Source of the DNA: Antedon mediterranea
Taxonomy: Eukaryota; Animalia; Echinodermata
Length of the DNA stretch: 64,000 nucleotides
Reading direction: 5' to 3'
Assembly (NCBI RefSeq): GCF_964355755.1
Contig: NC_092676.1
Span: forward strand, 24,632,871 to 24,696,870
In this document: in pieces, positions 49,331 through 63,341 of the stretch
Position numbering within the stretch: position 1 is the first letter of the stretch
Layout: the number at the start of each line of letters is the position of its first letter
Made by a program: the position numbers and the translations under genes
Notes under the pieces: model-generated
Told to the model about the DNA's origin: nothing
Databases searched by the model: none
Seen by the model: the letters and a program-made list of their open reading frames with translations, nothing else

Positions 49331-51822
49331 CAATAGGGTTGGTGAGATCTGTCCATAATAGGTTACTTTTCTGTCCATAATAGGTTACTTTCTGTCCATA
49401 ATAGCAAAGACTATATATCACAAGAATGAGTATTCCGCGATTTTTGCATGAGAAATTTGTAACAGAGAGCTTCAGTGAGTGATGGCCGCCCTCATAAGGG
49501 CGGATGTATACATACTAAATAAGACTTGATTTAATAGATATTATACACATTAAATAGAATTATGATAATAGTTTTTGCAATTATAAACTATTTTATAATA
49601 CATATTTATTAACAAACTAGTATACATTCACTTTTACAGACAATTATTTAGTAACATGCTAAGTTAGTTCACAAAAAAGGCCTAACACAGCAACACCAAA
49701 AATCAACGGATCGTTACTACTCAGCGTGGCCTATTCTTTACCATTGCCGTGTACTAGTCTACGCCCGGTAAATTAAGTATTGCTTTTATGATATAAATTA
49801 GTATAAAATACATGTTATTAATAGGACAAAATGTTAAATGTCATTAACATTTATTTGTTTTCCAGAAACAAGTTAAATATAGGAATATTATTAATGATCC
49901 TTCGTGAAAACGCGTAAACACCAACACGCCCGGTCACGCTATCGTAGCGCCCGGTTGATAAAGCAAACTGTTTATACGGCAGTTTTTACTAAATAAATTG
50001 CATAAAACAAACAATTAAATATCCAAATAGTATTTAACATGATGTTGGCATGTAGTTGATAACATTTTTTATCATGAAAATACTACCGGTGGTCTAGCCT
50101 TTGATTATTGAAACCGTCACAAAAAGTTGGGTATTGACAAACTTGCAAGCCATGGATTCATTGGAGTCAGTGGAGTCAACGGCCCACGTGACCATGTTAA
50201 GTGCAATTCAAGCGAGTCAGTACGAAGTGTACTGCACTATTGTAAAAAAGTGCTAGGCACCATAAAACATATTAAATAATTTAATACAGTATAATCTAGT
50301 ATGTTCATATTAAATTATTATATGAAACATCAGAGAGGAGTAATTATAAAATAAAATCATTATTTTATGTTATGTTGTTCTAAACATACCCTACTAGTAG
50401 TACTACTAAAATAAAGACAAGCCTGCCTGCTGCTCCCTTCTTGTTGGTCTCGCTTGTAGTTATTTTTTTTTCAAAATGTCCCCCGCCGGCCCACCACACA
50501 GCCCAGGCCTAGTCTAGCCCCTAATACAATATACAATACAATATAGGGCTTCCTACTACTAGATGATATTTTGTTGAAAAAAATACGTTTCACAAGACTT
50601 CCCTGGTTCATTCCCGGGTTTCGGCACCAAAAGTTATGTCACCGTCGGAACTCGTCCAATGGGTAATAATTTAGTAGAAGCGATAAATATGTGGGAGAAG
50701 CGAATAAGACTGAGTTTAATAATGAAGGTCCTAGTTCAAACACTGGACAGACAGAAAAGGAGACTATAACTGAATGCAACTATGTATTTTATTGTTAAGT
50801 TTAGAATTTAGTTTCAATGTCACAATTATTATTATTTTTACAACATTTGCTATTATCACAAAATGGCCGTATAAGTATTACAAAATGACAAAAGACGGAA
50901 TATAAGTAAGTTTAACAATAATAAACAGATGTCAGATATTAAACGCAATCAATAAAACGATCAACTTGATTCAACCAAAGCTGTTTTAAAATACTATTTA
51001 GGCCTATTATAATTTAATCAATATTATTAAGGAAACAAATCAGAATTTAAAATGTAAATTAATTAAACCAACACAGCCCCTCTACAGTAGTGAGATTAAA
51101 AGCGGTTCAGACCCCTTTAGAATATGAAAGTTTTTATGACAAATAAACATGAGACTAGATGAGTGATATCGGAGGATTAATTCGTCGATGGTAACGGCAT
51201 GGACGACAGGACTATCTATCACTGCCTTCTTCCGTACCCCAAATGTAACATGAGTAAGTAAGTATGAGGGCGCGATTAATGACTAAAATATACCCTCACA
51301 CGTGCATGTTTATATCTATCTAATGTTAAAGAGTTAATACGGGCACCAGTGCTGCAGGTGGGCACCAGCCGTGCATTTTTATATCTATCTGATTCTGATG
51401 TTAAATAGTTAATATTATACCAGTGCTGCAGATGGGCACCAGCCGTGCATTTAATAATGTGTACATAAATCTCATAATATAGTTTATATGGGCACCATTC
51501 TTGTACGAGTAACATATTTATGTGTCCTATATCTGCAGTTCTGAATGTGAAAACAATTGGTGGGTCATTTATATTTGTTTTGTTTTCTTTATGGATTCAA
51601 TATTTCGTAATGTCATCAATAAAAATTACTAGCTAAAAACCCTAAACCATCATTATGCTAATTATAGTTACATAATAGTTATTATATAACACCTATATAA
51701 ATTCCTGTCATTTGATTGGACGAATGTGGGTCACATGGCGTGCAATAGTACGCACTATTCAACGATCGTTAAATAGTACTTTTTGAAACATTTTTGTGTA
51801 CGAAAAAAAAACGTCTAGATGT

Positions 51823-51995
51823 TATATAAAACAAATAATGAATGTTTTGTATTCGTGTAATGGTACAAATAATGGCACTTGGTGAATGATGAAAGGTTAT
51901 ATCAACTCGCCTTTGCCTCGTTGATATAACCTTTCATCATTCACCTCGTGCCATTATTTGTACCATTGCACTCATAAACATTCATTATTTGTATA
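51823..51995. repeat. About 170-bp imperfect palindrome (hairpin element, possibly non-autonomous Crypton-like)
   Basis: About 80-bp arms (AAATAATGAATGTTT...ATGATGAAAGGTTATATCAAC / GTTGATATAACCTTTCATCAT...AAACATTCATTATTT) around the loop TCGCCTTTGCCTC. Family assignment is tentative. Confidence 0.7.
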
Positions 51996-54900
51996 CTATC
52001 CCATAGTCTAGAATTTATTAGTAACTGTAAAGCCTACGGAATCGAGAAGCTGCAGGCTGAATCGTCTTGGTCTGCTGGGTTTTGATAAATGAATATTCAA
52101 ATAGTACCTGCTCATTAATATTCATAACCTGCACGACTGGTGCCCATATAACGCTTACCTCTACGGTGCTGGACATTTAGTAGAGTAGGCTACTATACTG
52201 TACTGTCATAATAGACATAACACATAACAATAGAATGTAATAGTAAAAGACATTTGGTTACAGTGTAATACGTACCTATGTTAGCAGACTGAGTATGAGT
52301 ACCGTGTTTCGTAGACCTTCTGTTACTACGATCGTGGACCTATAATAGGTTCATGCTTCGATGATTCTGTATTCATTTCTTCTAATACCGCTCACGTATT
52401 TTGGATTTGAGTCTAATCCGATATGCTTGGATGGATGGATGACACCTCTACAACCGGTTTAAACTCCTTCGTGGTGGTGCGCGCATAGTCTGGGCCCCAG
52501 ACGGAGTTTTTTCTTAATATTAGTAAAAATATAAATATTTTTGCACATATGGCGTTTCATACGTGTATTACTTGAGTTTGGATACTCCGTCTGGGGAAAC
52601 ACGCAAAAGTCACGTGGTTTGACACCAAGAATTCTTGGTGCATAGATTATCCGGTTGACTAGTTTCAGCTGCATGCGATTGGCTACTCACTCGTACACTG
52701 TTTTAATATTCATGTTTCAGAATTTCAAAGACTCAACAACTAAGAAGGTACACATGCGCTATGTTACGTTTAGACAATGTGTACTTGGGTACATTAATAA
52801 AAGTTTCTGAAGGCTAGAAATGATTTTATAACATTTGATGGGATTTTTCCCAAGAAAACTCGTCTTGCTTCTCCGCAAATCAAACATTGAATGAACATTT
52901 AATATTACGCGGAGATAATTTGATTTAATTCCCACTCAGACCCTGTCCTGTTCTGTGTAGTGGTGTACAACTCCCTGGACTGATGTAGCCCTGTCTGTTG
53001 TGTGCCGGTGGTGGTATGTAGGCCTACCTTATTGGTGTTTTATTTGGCAGGTCATACGTGCGAGTTGAGTAGGACCTACGAAGGAGGCCTAGGCTAAGGA
53101 CTAAACAATTTATAAACAAAACAACTTGGCAACACGATTTCATATTTCAACAGTCTCGATCGTACATTCAGCACTGTACGTACTCGATCTTTTTCATTTT
53201 GAAACAAAATGATCATTGGTTGATTCGAAATCCATATTTACATACCGCCCGCCCCATATAGCCAAATACGGTATGATAACCTACGTCATTCTTATTGGAT
53301 GTTTGCGGTCTGCAAATCGATTTCTATACGTGTTTCACAAGTCTGTATTTTCAGACAAAAATCGCGGTCGAAATAAAAACAAATAAATAAAAATAAAAAA
53401 CAATACAGACTTAGGGCAAGTCTAGTGCGCGCACTACCGCCTCAATGAATTGTAAGGGAGTAAACTTGTATACTATTCTTCGGAGGAATATATTTAAGGT
53501 ACATCTTTTTGTAGGCCTATTATTTGCCTTTTTTTGTGTCACTGTCACAGCGTACCCAGATGAAAGAAAAACAAACTCAAAGTTTAATAGAACTGAGACA
53601 CTAGAAACGCGTAACAAAATATATACTGAATAATAGTCGTACAGAATCTATATTTACTTTGAATGAACATTCCTCTCGCTATCTCCCCCCCCCCCCTGCA
53701 CTATTAGTGATATTCCGGTTTTTTTTATGATATTAGCGCAAATAATTGTCAATTATGTTGGGCCTCAGAATCTTTTAAATATTATATTATTATTAGAAAC
53801 TTTGGACTTTTGTCAAGTCATTACAATGGTATAAACGTAGGTCTCGAGTACACCAGCAGTGAAGTCAACTGATACTAAGTATCCGTTAATGACAGTCATT
53901 GTGTCTTCAGAAGAAGACGGCGGCGACAAGAATAATAGAACATTTAACAGTAAAAACTGATGGTGGGACACAAGCTACACAATTTTCCGCTTACCGTTAC
54001 CGCTCCTTTGTGTAATTGGCCTTAACACACCACAAAATGCAAAGTAAAGTACACTCAGATACCATTTTTCAGTGCAATTTATTTCAACAAAAATCTACAT
54101 TAAAAAGCAAAATTATAACTTCTATAATAATTAGGTTTCCATGATTGAAAGAGGGCGCTGTCACACGTATCGAACCAGAGCCATAAATGGCTCTGGATCG
54201 AACGCTCCTATTAATCTGCTATACGTGCCTAAATTATCTACAATTTAAAATAAAAAAACAAGTAGCCATAAGCACTAATTCTACAGATCTACAAGTGATT
54301 AAAAAAAACAACTAGCTATCTATTATTTACGTTGGCTAACAAATATTAATTAATAAAAACTATAAAATGAAAAAAAAGTGCATCATGTTTCAAACGGTGC
54401 TAGAGGAACACACTAAACTCTATGACATGCACACTTAAGAAGATCACCAATCATTTTTCTAATGTCCTAGTAAATAATAAGTAGGCCTAAATATTTTCCA
54501 TACACAACTAAATCGATGTATTTTCTATTAATAAATCAAGAGGATAATAACGATATCCGCATTACAGAACAAAATAGTTTTTATAAAGCAGCATTTGGAA
54601 GCATTATATTACCTCTGGACAGTTTTTCTATTTTATACAAGAGAAAAATGGATAACACAATTTGCAGCAATTTGTGTGGTATAGACAAGCGGTATCGTGT
54701 ACAGACATCGTCCATAACGAAATACCCTTAAAAAAAAACAAGCGCATAAGAAATCAGCTGACGTGGTGGAAAAAATCTTAACATTACTTCTAACGTAGCA
54801 AACCATCGCGCATGCGTTATAATGCCAAGGTAAATCTATCCGTACAATAAATGGACGCACTGCCGATGGATAAATAGACCGATAGACAAGATAGCAATCT

Positions 54901-55926
54901 GAAAACGCCTTTCTAACAAGAAAAGCTAATTTCGATCGTAGGCATGCCGATAATTTAAACTACTTCTACTTTAGAGTCCTGAGTTGTCCTGTCGCAATTT
55001 GGGAAAATAAACGGTCACAAATTAAGTGCGTTATATTTTTCACTTTCTTTCTATTCTAGTTGCAGCATGTAATTGTTTGTGGTGTTTGAGTCATTGTTAG
55101 TTCACAAAAATAAGCAAGCTTATAGGGTAGGGTGCGATACTAAACAGTGAGTCTAATTAAGCTTAAATTTAGTAAGTCTAGGAAGGATAGGCCTAGATAC
55201 TCTGTGACATGAAGAATCCCAAACCTAAAATGTAACACAAAATTGGTAACAAAAAAATGTGCTAGGCCTAATAAGAATCAATAGTTACCATATAAACATA
55301 ATTTTCCTTCATAATTATGATCCTTATTCTACTTATTAATCGTTAATAAATTGACATTATATTTCATACTGAAATTATTCTACGTTAATTTAAATTCGTT
55401 TCTACATCAATTTACATCATTATTGATAAATAGTATATAGTGTAGGCCTAAATGTACGAAATTAATATTGTGCAGCACTCATTCCTATTCAAAACTATGA
55501 TTTGAACCGGGCTACGGTGGTTTGGAAAACTTGCACACACTTTGATGATCAGTAACTTAACTTACTGCAGCAGTAAAAAACTTAATGCAGCAGTAAAAAA
55601 CTAACTGCAGCAGTCATGTAACTAGAAAAAAACTACGAAACACAATCCTACAATAATTCCTAAAAATCAAAATAAATATTTCAGCTTTACTGGTTTTTTT
55701 TTTTTAGCAAAATTTAAAAAAAATTGCTAAAACATTAATAACTACATAGAAATAACAATACGAATTTCAAAGCTTTAGATTGAGAGAGAATTTCAGTGCG
55801 CGAATGGGGAACTACGTAAGTATGGGAATGATGAGAAATGAGATTAATGATCACACATGCACGTACTGCCTGTTACAGCGCACAGTTCCAATTGGAAACG
55901 TCTAAGACAGGTTATTGTGTTTAGGT

Positions 55927-58900
55927 CTACTTCTTGACAATGTTATGCTTAGGTCCGTACGGGAAATGCGTGATGTTTTCCGCACCATCTTCCGTGACTA
56001 CGAGAATATTGTGTTCGCGGTAACCTCCTGCGCCTGGCTCTCCCTCCGGTAGCATCACCGTCGGCTCAATAGACACTACCATGTTTGGTTTTAAAACTGT
56101 TTCAATATCTTCGCGGATCTCAAGTGCTAAAAAAAAAGGTATAAAATAGGTAAGTGAATACAGTATAGTCATTATTAGATAGAGGTCGCTCTTTTAATTT
56201 GAGCCGGTACATGTCTAGTTAAAGTGCAGAACAATTAGTCTTCTCGTGAGGTCCATCTTGATCGTGTCTTGAACCCAATGCATTCATTGGAAATAGTAGT
56301 GTTGTTGATTCTGTACGATTTTATTAAGGCCAATTCAGACAACGTCTTGACACGTCGGTGCTGTCTGAGTTGAATCCCGACGGGACAAGTCTTGAGATAG
56401 CGTCGGGCGCAGTGTTTAGATCGTCGAGAGATTTTATATTTAATTTTCTCCTGACGAGACGACTCGCCGGGTCTTGTCGTACGACGCTGTCTGAGTTTGC
56501 CTTTAGAAAATGACGGGGAATATTTTTATTCGGGATGATAGAGAAAATGATAATTTTACCTGCTTCTCGTCCGTAGTAGTGACACAGGACGCCAAATGAG
56601 TGACCATAACCGAATGTACGGCGATGCAGAAGGTTGTGTTTCTCGTAGACCAGGTTCATTTCTTTCGCTATTTCGCTACACTTAATACCAGGTTTGATAA
56701 GTTTCATGCCGGCTTCATGTACCTCGCAATTGGCCTCCCATACACGCATTGATGCATCTGGTACATGGTCAAGGAATAACGTACGTTCTAGAGCTGTATA
56801 GTATCTAAGATATAAAAACAAACACATTGTTATACTTCATTGATTTGGTGATGCTTATAGTAATGCTAGGTTTTAGGTTTAAGTCTGTGTAAACTAAAGA
56901 TGCTTTAATTGAGATACCACGTATGCATTTAATCGCTCCTATGAACGTAACCTAACTTATGATCATATTAGGGCAATGTACAATATTTCTCATGGATATA
57001 TTATTACTATAATCACATCAGTAGCACAACTTCGTTTTGCGTACAAGGGTATGCGTAAAACAAGAAATATCAAGAAGAAGTAGCTTTATTGTACTGATAA
57101 TACGTACGATGTTAATATAATATCAACAAACTAAATCGCTATAAAGGCGAATTTACAGATAAATTATAGATTTACAGAAAACGCGGAGCGGAAGGGCGGC
57201 GGCGGTTGAGCGGAAAGCCGCTCTGGATAGATATAGATTCTACGTGGAACAAGCACGCGGTTGCCTTTAAGCTACCAGTACATTTCAATGGTTGGCCTAG
57301 TTGTAAATGAACTAGATTTTTGAAAACCTACCCTCCCATCATCGGGAAACAGTTCATACTGCACACGTCTCCTTTCTGTAGTTTACGAGTTGTGACTGGA
57401 TTGTGGGCACCGTCGGTGTTTATACCAGATTGAAACCATGTCCATGCTAAAAAAACAAAAGTGTAAATAAATATACATATATATTATTGTATGGTTGAGA
57501 ATAATGTAAGCGGATAAAACAAATTAGCGTCGTTTGTGTAGGCTGTTCGAAATTTACCTTTAATGGAGTGGTATTATACTACTAAAACATTATTTTTCGA
57601 CAAAAAATCATATCGAAAGAAACAACAGTATGAGCAGAGAAGAGTGTAATTGGTCAGATTGTTTACCTTTCTCTGACGTCAGAGTAGGGCAAACTTCTGA
57701 CTAAAAGCTTGACATAAATATAAGTCGCAGTCTGTAAAAAATTATTATCCAGTTTTAATTTATTTATTGTACTTACTGTCCTGTAACGTCATATTCGGTC
57801 GACTTCTGGCAATCTCTCTGATCATAGTCTGGGTACAATGCAACGCTACCTCATGCTCGCCGACACCTTCGGCCATTGCCTCAACGACCGCTCCGCCTCC
57901 AATATCTGCAATCCGTGCCCCCTCCTTGATATGAGCTATCTCTTCATCCGATTTGATCATGCGCAGGTACATCGTGGGTTCACCGACGTCAACCATTGTG
58001 CTCTTTGGCAGGGCGTCTGTAAGTTTCTTATAGTTGTCTAAATTGATATGGTCAAATTCACATCCTATTTTACCATACTGTCCAAGTTCTTGTTTCACAG
58101 CCTGGTAGTAATTATTTCGTTGCCAGTCCGTATATACTATGTTATCACCATTAGCAGTCCAACGCCATGGATAACCGCCATCGATATTGGCAGAAATCGA
58201 GAGTATTTTATCGTGAGTTACCACTAAGCCATAGGGTCGGCCAAACTCACAGTATAAGAAGTCGGAGTAATAGTTAATGTTGTGATGTGATGTAAATATG
58301 ACGCCATCGATGTTGTCTTTCGACATTAAATTGCGTAGTTTTGTGATCCTTGATTCCATTTCCCCTTTAGAAAACGTGCCCTTCGCCTAAAAGTTAAAGA
58401 AAAAAAAAACATGAATTTAGAAATATCGGACATGGTACCATAGAGATTTATGCTCAATAGATATGAGATGTGTGTCATGTACGAGTGCTACGGGTACGAA
58501 TAACTATAATTATTACGGGGTTCCACAAAAACAGGGTGCACAGTTCGATTCAAATATGTTTCATTATTTTGAGGGTCACTGTTAACTGAAAATCAGATTT
58601 GGCAATTATTATCGGGGAGGGGTGGGGGCGATGCGTGTGCATGAGTCCCATTCCTAAAAAATATATCGACGCATGACTTGATTGTACATGAAGAGGATCA
58701 TAGGTTATCACCCAAGTCACTTATATTGTTTGCCATATAAGGTTGAGTGATATTTGCACTATCGTTATAAAATAACTTAGTTCAATTACAGATAAAGAAT
58801 ATGACAATGTGATATCCAGGTACCGATATTGATTTAATTGTTCAAAAATTCTGCATAGCATTTTGGTTGACTTCATTTATTTTAATAGACTGAAAACTAT

Positions 58901-59635
58901 GATTTTAGATGGGTATAACTTAACCATATTCGGCTTAAAATTAATATGGCCTAAATGATTTGTATATGAAGTGATACACAAACAAGACCCGCTTATAGAA
59001 TGTGCATTTCAAAAAAACTTAAGTGCGGAAGCGAACGTCATCCAAAGGCTCTTTCCGGAGTCCTGAACGTTGGTGAGAAGATTTTTAAATGTTTTGAAAT
59101 GTAAAATTAAAAAGTAAATGGTTAAATTCAACCAAAAAACTGTTTTTTGCTTTAAATTACAGTTTTTAAGATACATTTTTGTTTTTGATCCAATTTTTGG
59201 ATACGGTACCGTAACTATTAGGTGACATTAAAATGGCATATTCAACAAAAACATTTTTTTTTAAATTAATTTTTTTCAGGGGGAAAATACATATATATGG
59301 TTATTATGGTTATGGTGTTTTATGTTTTGGTTTTTTTTTTTTGCTTTTTTAGGGACGTTATAGTGAAAGGACGAATAAAGTGCCAAATTTGCAATCAATA
59401 AACGTGCAGACATTTCGAGGTCAGATACTATCGATCGGAGACGGGATAAAATTAAGTTTAATCTTACCTTTTCCCCGTTCCTAATAGCAATGAGCGAGGG
59501 CATGTTATCAATATGCCATGTGTCTGTATGTGCCATTCGAACCCTAGACGTATGCTTAGTACCTTGATCATTCTGCAACAGGTTTCTAAAAAAACGAGTC
59601 GATAATCCGTGTCGTAAACGTGTAACTAGGCTCAT
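55927..59635 (-). CDS. Creatinase (creatine amidinohydrolase)-like gene, paralog B, 445 aa (exons 59468-59635, 57777-58386, 57332-57446, 56560-56804, 55927-56126)
   Basis: Spliced ORF of 1338 nt with near-verbatim bacterial creatinase motifs: HNINYYSDFLYCEFGRPYGLVVT, SISANIDGGYPWR, DNIVYTDWQR, TWTWFQSGINTDGAHNPVTTRK, YYTALERTLFLDH, RTFGYGHSFGVLCHYYGREA, LPEGEPGAGGYREH. Same four intron positions as paralog A. Probable upstream non-coding exon (donor at about 61120, acceptor at about 59645). Confidence 0.95.
56327..56502. mobile_element. Palindromic MITE in creatinase B intron 4
   Basis: AGGCCAATTCAGACA...TGTCTGAGTTTGCCT ends with TAA/TTA-like flanks and internal inverted CGTC/GACG motifs. 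Confidence 0.65.
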
Positions 59636-62600
59636 CTTCGCAATCTAACAAAAAAAAAACACCAAATTCATATAAGAAGAACCGTAATAAAGTATCAAGT
59701 GTTTGAAATGATCTGTAGTAGAATTTGATAAGTATACATGTAGTTGTACCCTGCACTATCCGGATAAAGACTAACTTCCGTTGCTCTGCTGCCCTCCTTA
59801 CTTATATTATTTGAGGCTAATTTAAGCAATCAAACATTATCACTGATAATGAACTTGATAAAAGGTCATTCAAGGTTCACGCAAAATTATATCAACAACT
59901 CCAGCACAACAGCTGCGGCAGTTTCGCAGCAAAAAAAGTGTATAAAAAGGTTAGAAATAATAATAATGAATGACCGATACAGTATATACAATTAAACTTA
60001 TGTAGTGGTGTGTATATGGTCATGCTATACACGCTACATTAACCGACTCCTTAAAAACAATGTTTTACTAAATTATATTATATTATATTAGCATATAGGT
60101 GTTTAGTTTAGTCTGTTTGGTCTTTTCTTGCCCCCCTTTTATAATTGTTTTGTCTTCTCTGTATTGTAGGCCTATATGGCAGAAAATTGAATAAAAAAAT
60201 AAAAAATATTGCCCTACACGTGTACGGATGTCTAGTTAGTTTAAACTAAATATTGAATCTATGCTCTATACATTAAACCTATTTTAAATATACTATTGAA
60301 TCACATACCATTTTATTTAAACTCTACGTGAACCCTTTGTTGGTAATAAGTCAACGCACTTTTAATTACTTTACTCAGAATTTCGTGGTGACGCGTCAGT
60401 TTGACTTGTGTTCACGCTTATTTTCACTTATTAGAACATTGTTCGTTTAGTACTTATTTCAACCATGAACGTTTATCCATGTGGTAAATCATAGGTAAAA
60501 TATGTCGAAAATAAATGTGTAATATTAAAATGTCTCTGTCTGATGTAATGCTGTCTGAATATGAGGGATATATCCTTTCCGATTCGTTGTGGTTTCCTGT
60601 GTAGACATACGGTAATTTGGTCTACGAACATACATGGTGGGGTTTCGTTATGAATAATCACTGTTAATTTTGCAATGTCGGTGGATTTTTTTTTCATTTT
60701 TTTTTTCTACATCGTATCATTAACTAGGCTCAGATGCCTAAATTTGAAAATAATTTAGGATGCTAAATCTAGACTATAATAGTTACTATGACATTTAAAT
60801 ATTCTACTTAGAGTGCCTGTAACCCCAGTAACCACAAGAAGCCCATGTTGTTAATGTTACGAACCGTACTAACTATTAATATAAATGATTAGTCCTATCA
60901 ATTAATATTATATCAATTATTGTAACCACTTTCAATAGAAGTCTTTTTTAACCTCAATAAATAAAAACAATTCTAGGCCTGTTTATTTAGTAATACGTAC
61001 GGTAGTATTAGTAATACATATACTAGTTAGTAAGACGAACACTTATTTATAAATTAATTAACTTCGGGCATATACGTAAATTATTTTGAAGTCACAAAAA
61101 TAAAGTAAATTTTATCTTACCTTGATTAGTGTTGGATCCGGACATCTAAATAGAGTATACAATTAACAATGGGAATCCTTAACAATCAGGCAAGATGAAG
61201 CGATGTTGTAACTGTAAAAATTGTAAACGATCCAGAATTTAAGATTGAAAAAAAAACGCTAATGATGTGATATTTTAGCAAGTAAAAACATTATCCGTGG
61301 ATCCAGTGTTGAAATATAGTATTCACTTCTCCCTGCCAGGGAGGAGCGAGCCGAGAGGCTCTACTCCTCGTGTTACCCCGTTGCTGTTTACGCTACCGTA
61401 TGATTGTATAGGCGAGCTATCCCTGTTATATTGAATTCAAGCGATGATGTCATCAATTGAAAGTACGAACGGTTCACTTTAGTTCATGGTCAACTGCTTT
61501 CCGGTCGAGGACCTTCGACTGTATACACACAAAAGCATCCAATTTGACCTCACTACGATAAAATAGAACCGGAACGTGGTTTCCCTAATTAACTAATGTA
61601 TAATTAGTCGTATCAATTAATAAATCGTAATTAAACTCTGCGCTAAAGGACGAGGCAGATGACAAGGTAGGTAAAGGACGAGGTTATTGTTAAAATACAT
61701 TGGATTTGTATAGACAATTCTAAGAGTTCTTTTGGAACCTTTTTACAAAACTCATACACACATTTTCTTTCTTTTTTAATATCTGTAATATTCTGTTAGA
61801 TATCATGAATAGCCAATTTCTTTTATCGCGGGAGATTTTCTGTATGTTTTATTTAATAATAATATTAATAACTTAGCACTAATGTACTGCGATGATTTTG
61901 TATTTAGATATAATTTTTGGATGGCGTTTTTACTATGTATACAACTTGATTTTCTGTCTAAGAAAGACCTTTCGAATATTAAAGTGATGGTTTTGGTTAA
62001 CATAGTTTCAGTTGTCAAATTATTGAAGTCCCTTTATGTGTAAAATACCTAATTTTAAAGATGTATTATTCTCCTGAAAAAATAATTCTGAAAACCTTTT
62101 TTGTTGAACTTTGACCAATTTATTTTCCCGAAAAAAGCAATAATTCGGGTTTGGGGTTAATTAACCATTTATTTTGTCATATTTTGTTTTTGTTTTTTTT
62201 TTACTACGGAAGTGATTAACATTATCAAAACTCCAAAAATAACCATTCAAAGTCTGATTTAATTAATTGTGTATTGATCATGTTTTTAGGAAGATGTATT
62301 GTTAACAATACATCTTTAAAATACCATTTTTAATATACGTACTATTGTAATTGTATTTGTGCGCATCTACTAAGCCATTTCTATACATGTACATACAAAT
62401 ACAAGTAGTTTTTTTGCTGATTTCATCAAGATTCTAATTATGTGGTCAAACATTTAAAATAATTTAAAATATACGATTAAAATAACATATATTGTCAATG
62501 TTCTGGATGAAAACAGCACAAAAAACTAAAAATAGGCCTATATTTACTGTATTTAGTATTCTCTATAGATTAAAACTACTGAATAAATAATAATGACCTT

Positions 62601-63341
62601 GCGTTCATTGACCATCAACAATAATAAAAATTAACCTTGTATAACACGCATGCGCAGCTGTAAAGTTTAAGGATCGGTCAAGGTGGACGTTTAATAGATG
62701 ATCGTGACCAATTGACCTGTGTCCTTGTTTGTACTAAGCAAGCTGATAGATACCTACTGACCAATGCCTCAGGCAATTGTATCCTTCAACTTTTCACGTT
62801 ACATTGTTAACATCAGAGAGATGTCAAAATACGACTAGTAGGCCTATACAACAGACAACTTTAAGAAACAAAAGTTTCCCCTGAATAAAAGGGCTGACCG
62901 CAGTTAAAAGAATATTTCGTTCAATTGGAAGGTGTCCCTAATATAATTACAGCAGGTATCCCGAGGGGTTAAATAAACTGTATTAAAATTTTCCGTTTCT
63001 ATGATGTATTGAACAAAAACATTATTAAGCCTACTCCATGAAAAAACACACTACTGTACTCTATTAGTATTAATTGTTTTCATTATTTCACTCTGATAAC
63101 CGATGTTGAAAAATGATGTTGTTATATTTCTTACTCATATTACATGTTTTCGGCCCACCATGGAGATGTATAAAATGTTCTATACACACAAAAATGTCCT
63201 TTCTTCTATTCGTGCAACTATCTCACGTACCTGTAGAACCGGCTGCCGGACGACCAACTGTATACGTCAACGTGCATCCTTTTTGAAAATAATTTGTCGC
63301 CACTGACCGTTAGCGGGCGGGCAGCATGCAAATAACGAAAA

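Noticed and set aside
42256-59635. Bacterial contamination, or Xaa-Pro dipeptidase identity, for the creatinase-like genes
   Set aside because: Spliceosomal introns with host repeats and contiguous metazoan neighbours exclude contamination. The motifs match creatinase (WFQSGINTDGAHN, HYYGRE), not the metal-ligand pattern of prolidases.
1-59635. Functional cluster linking SLC22 cation transporters (some vertebrate OCTs carry creatinine) with the creatinases
   Set aside because: They are 20 kb apart with four unrelated genes between. SLC22 arrays are common in invertebrates, and nothing in the sequence indicates substrate or co-regulation.
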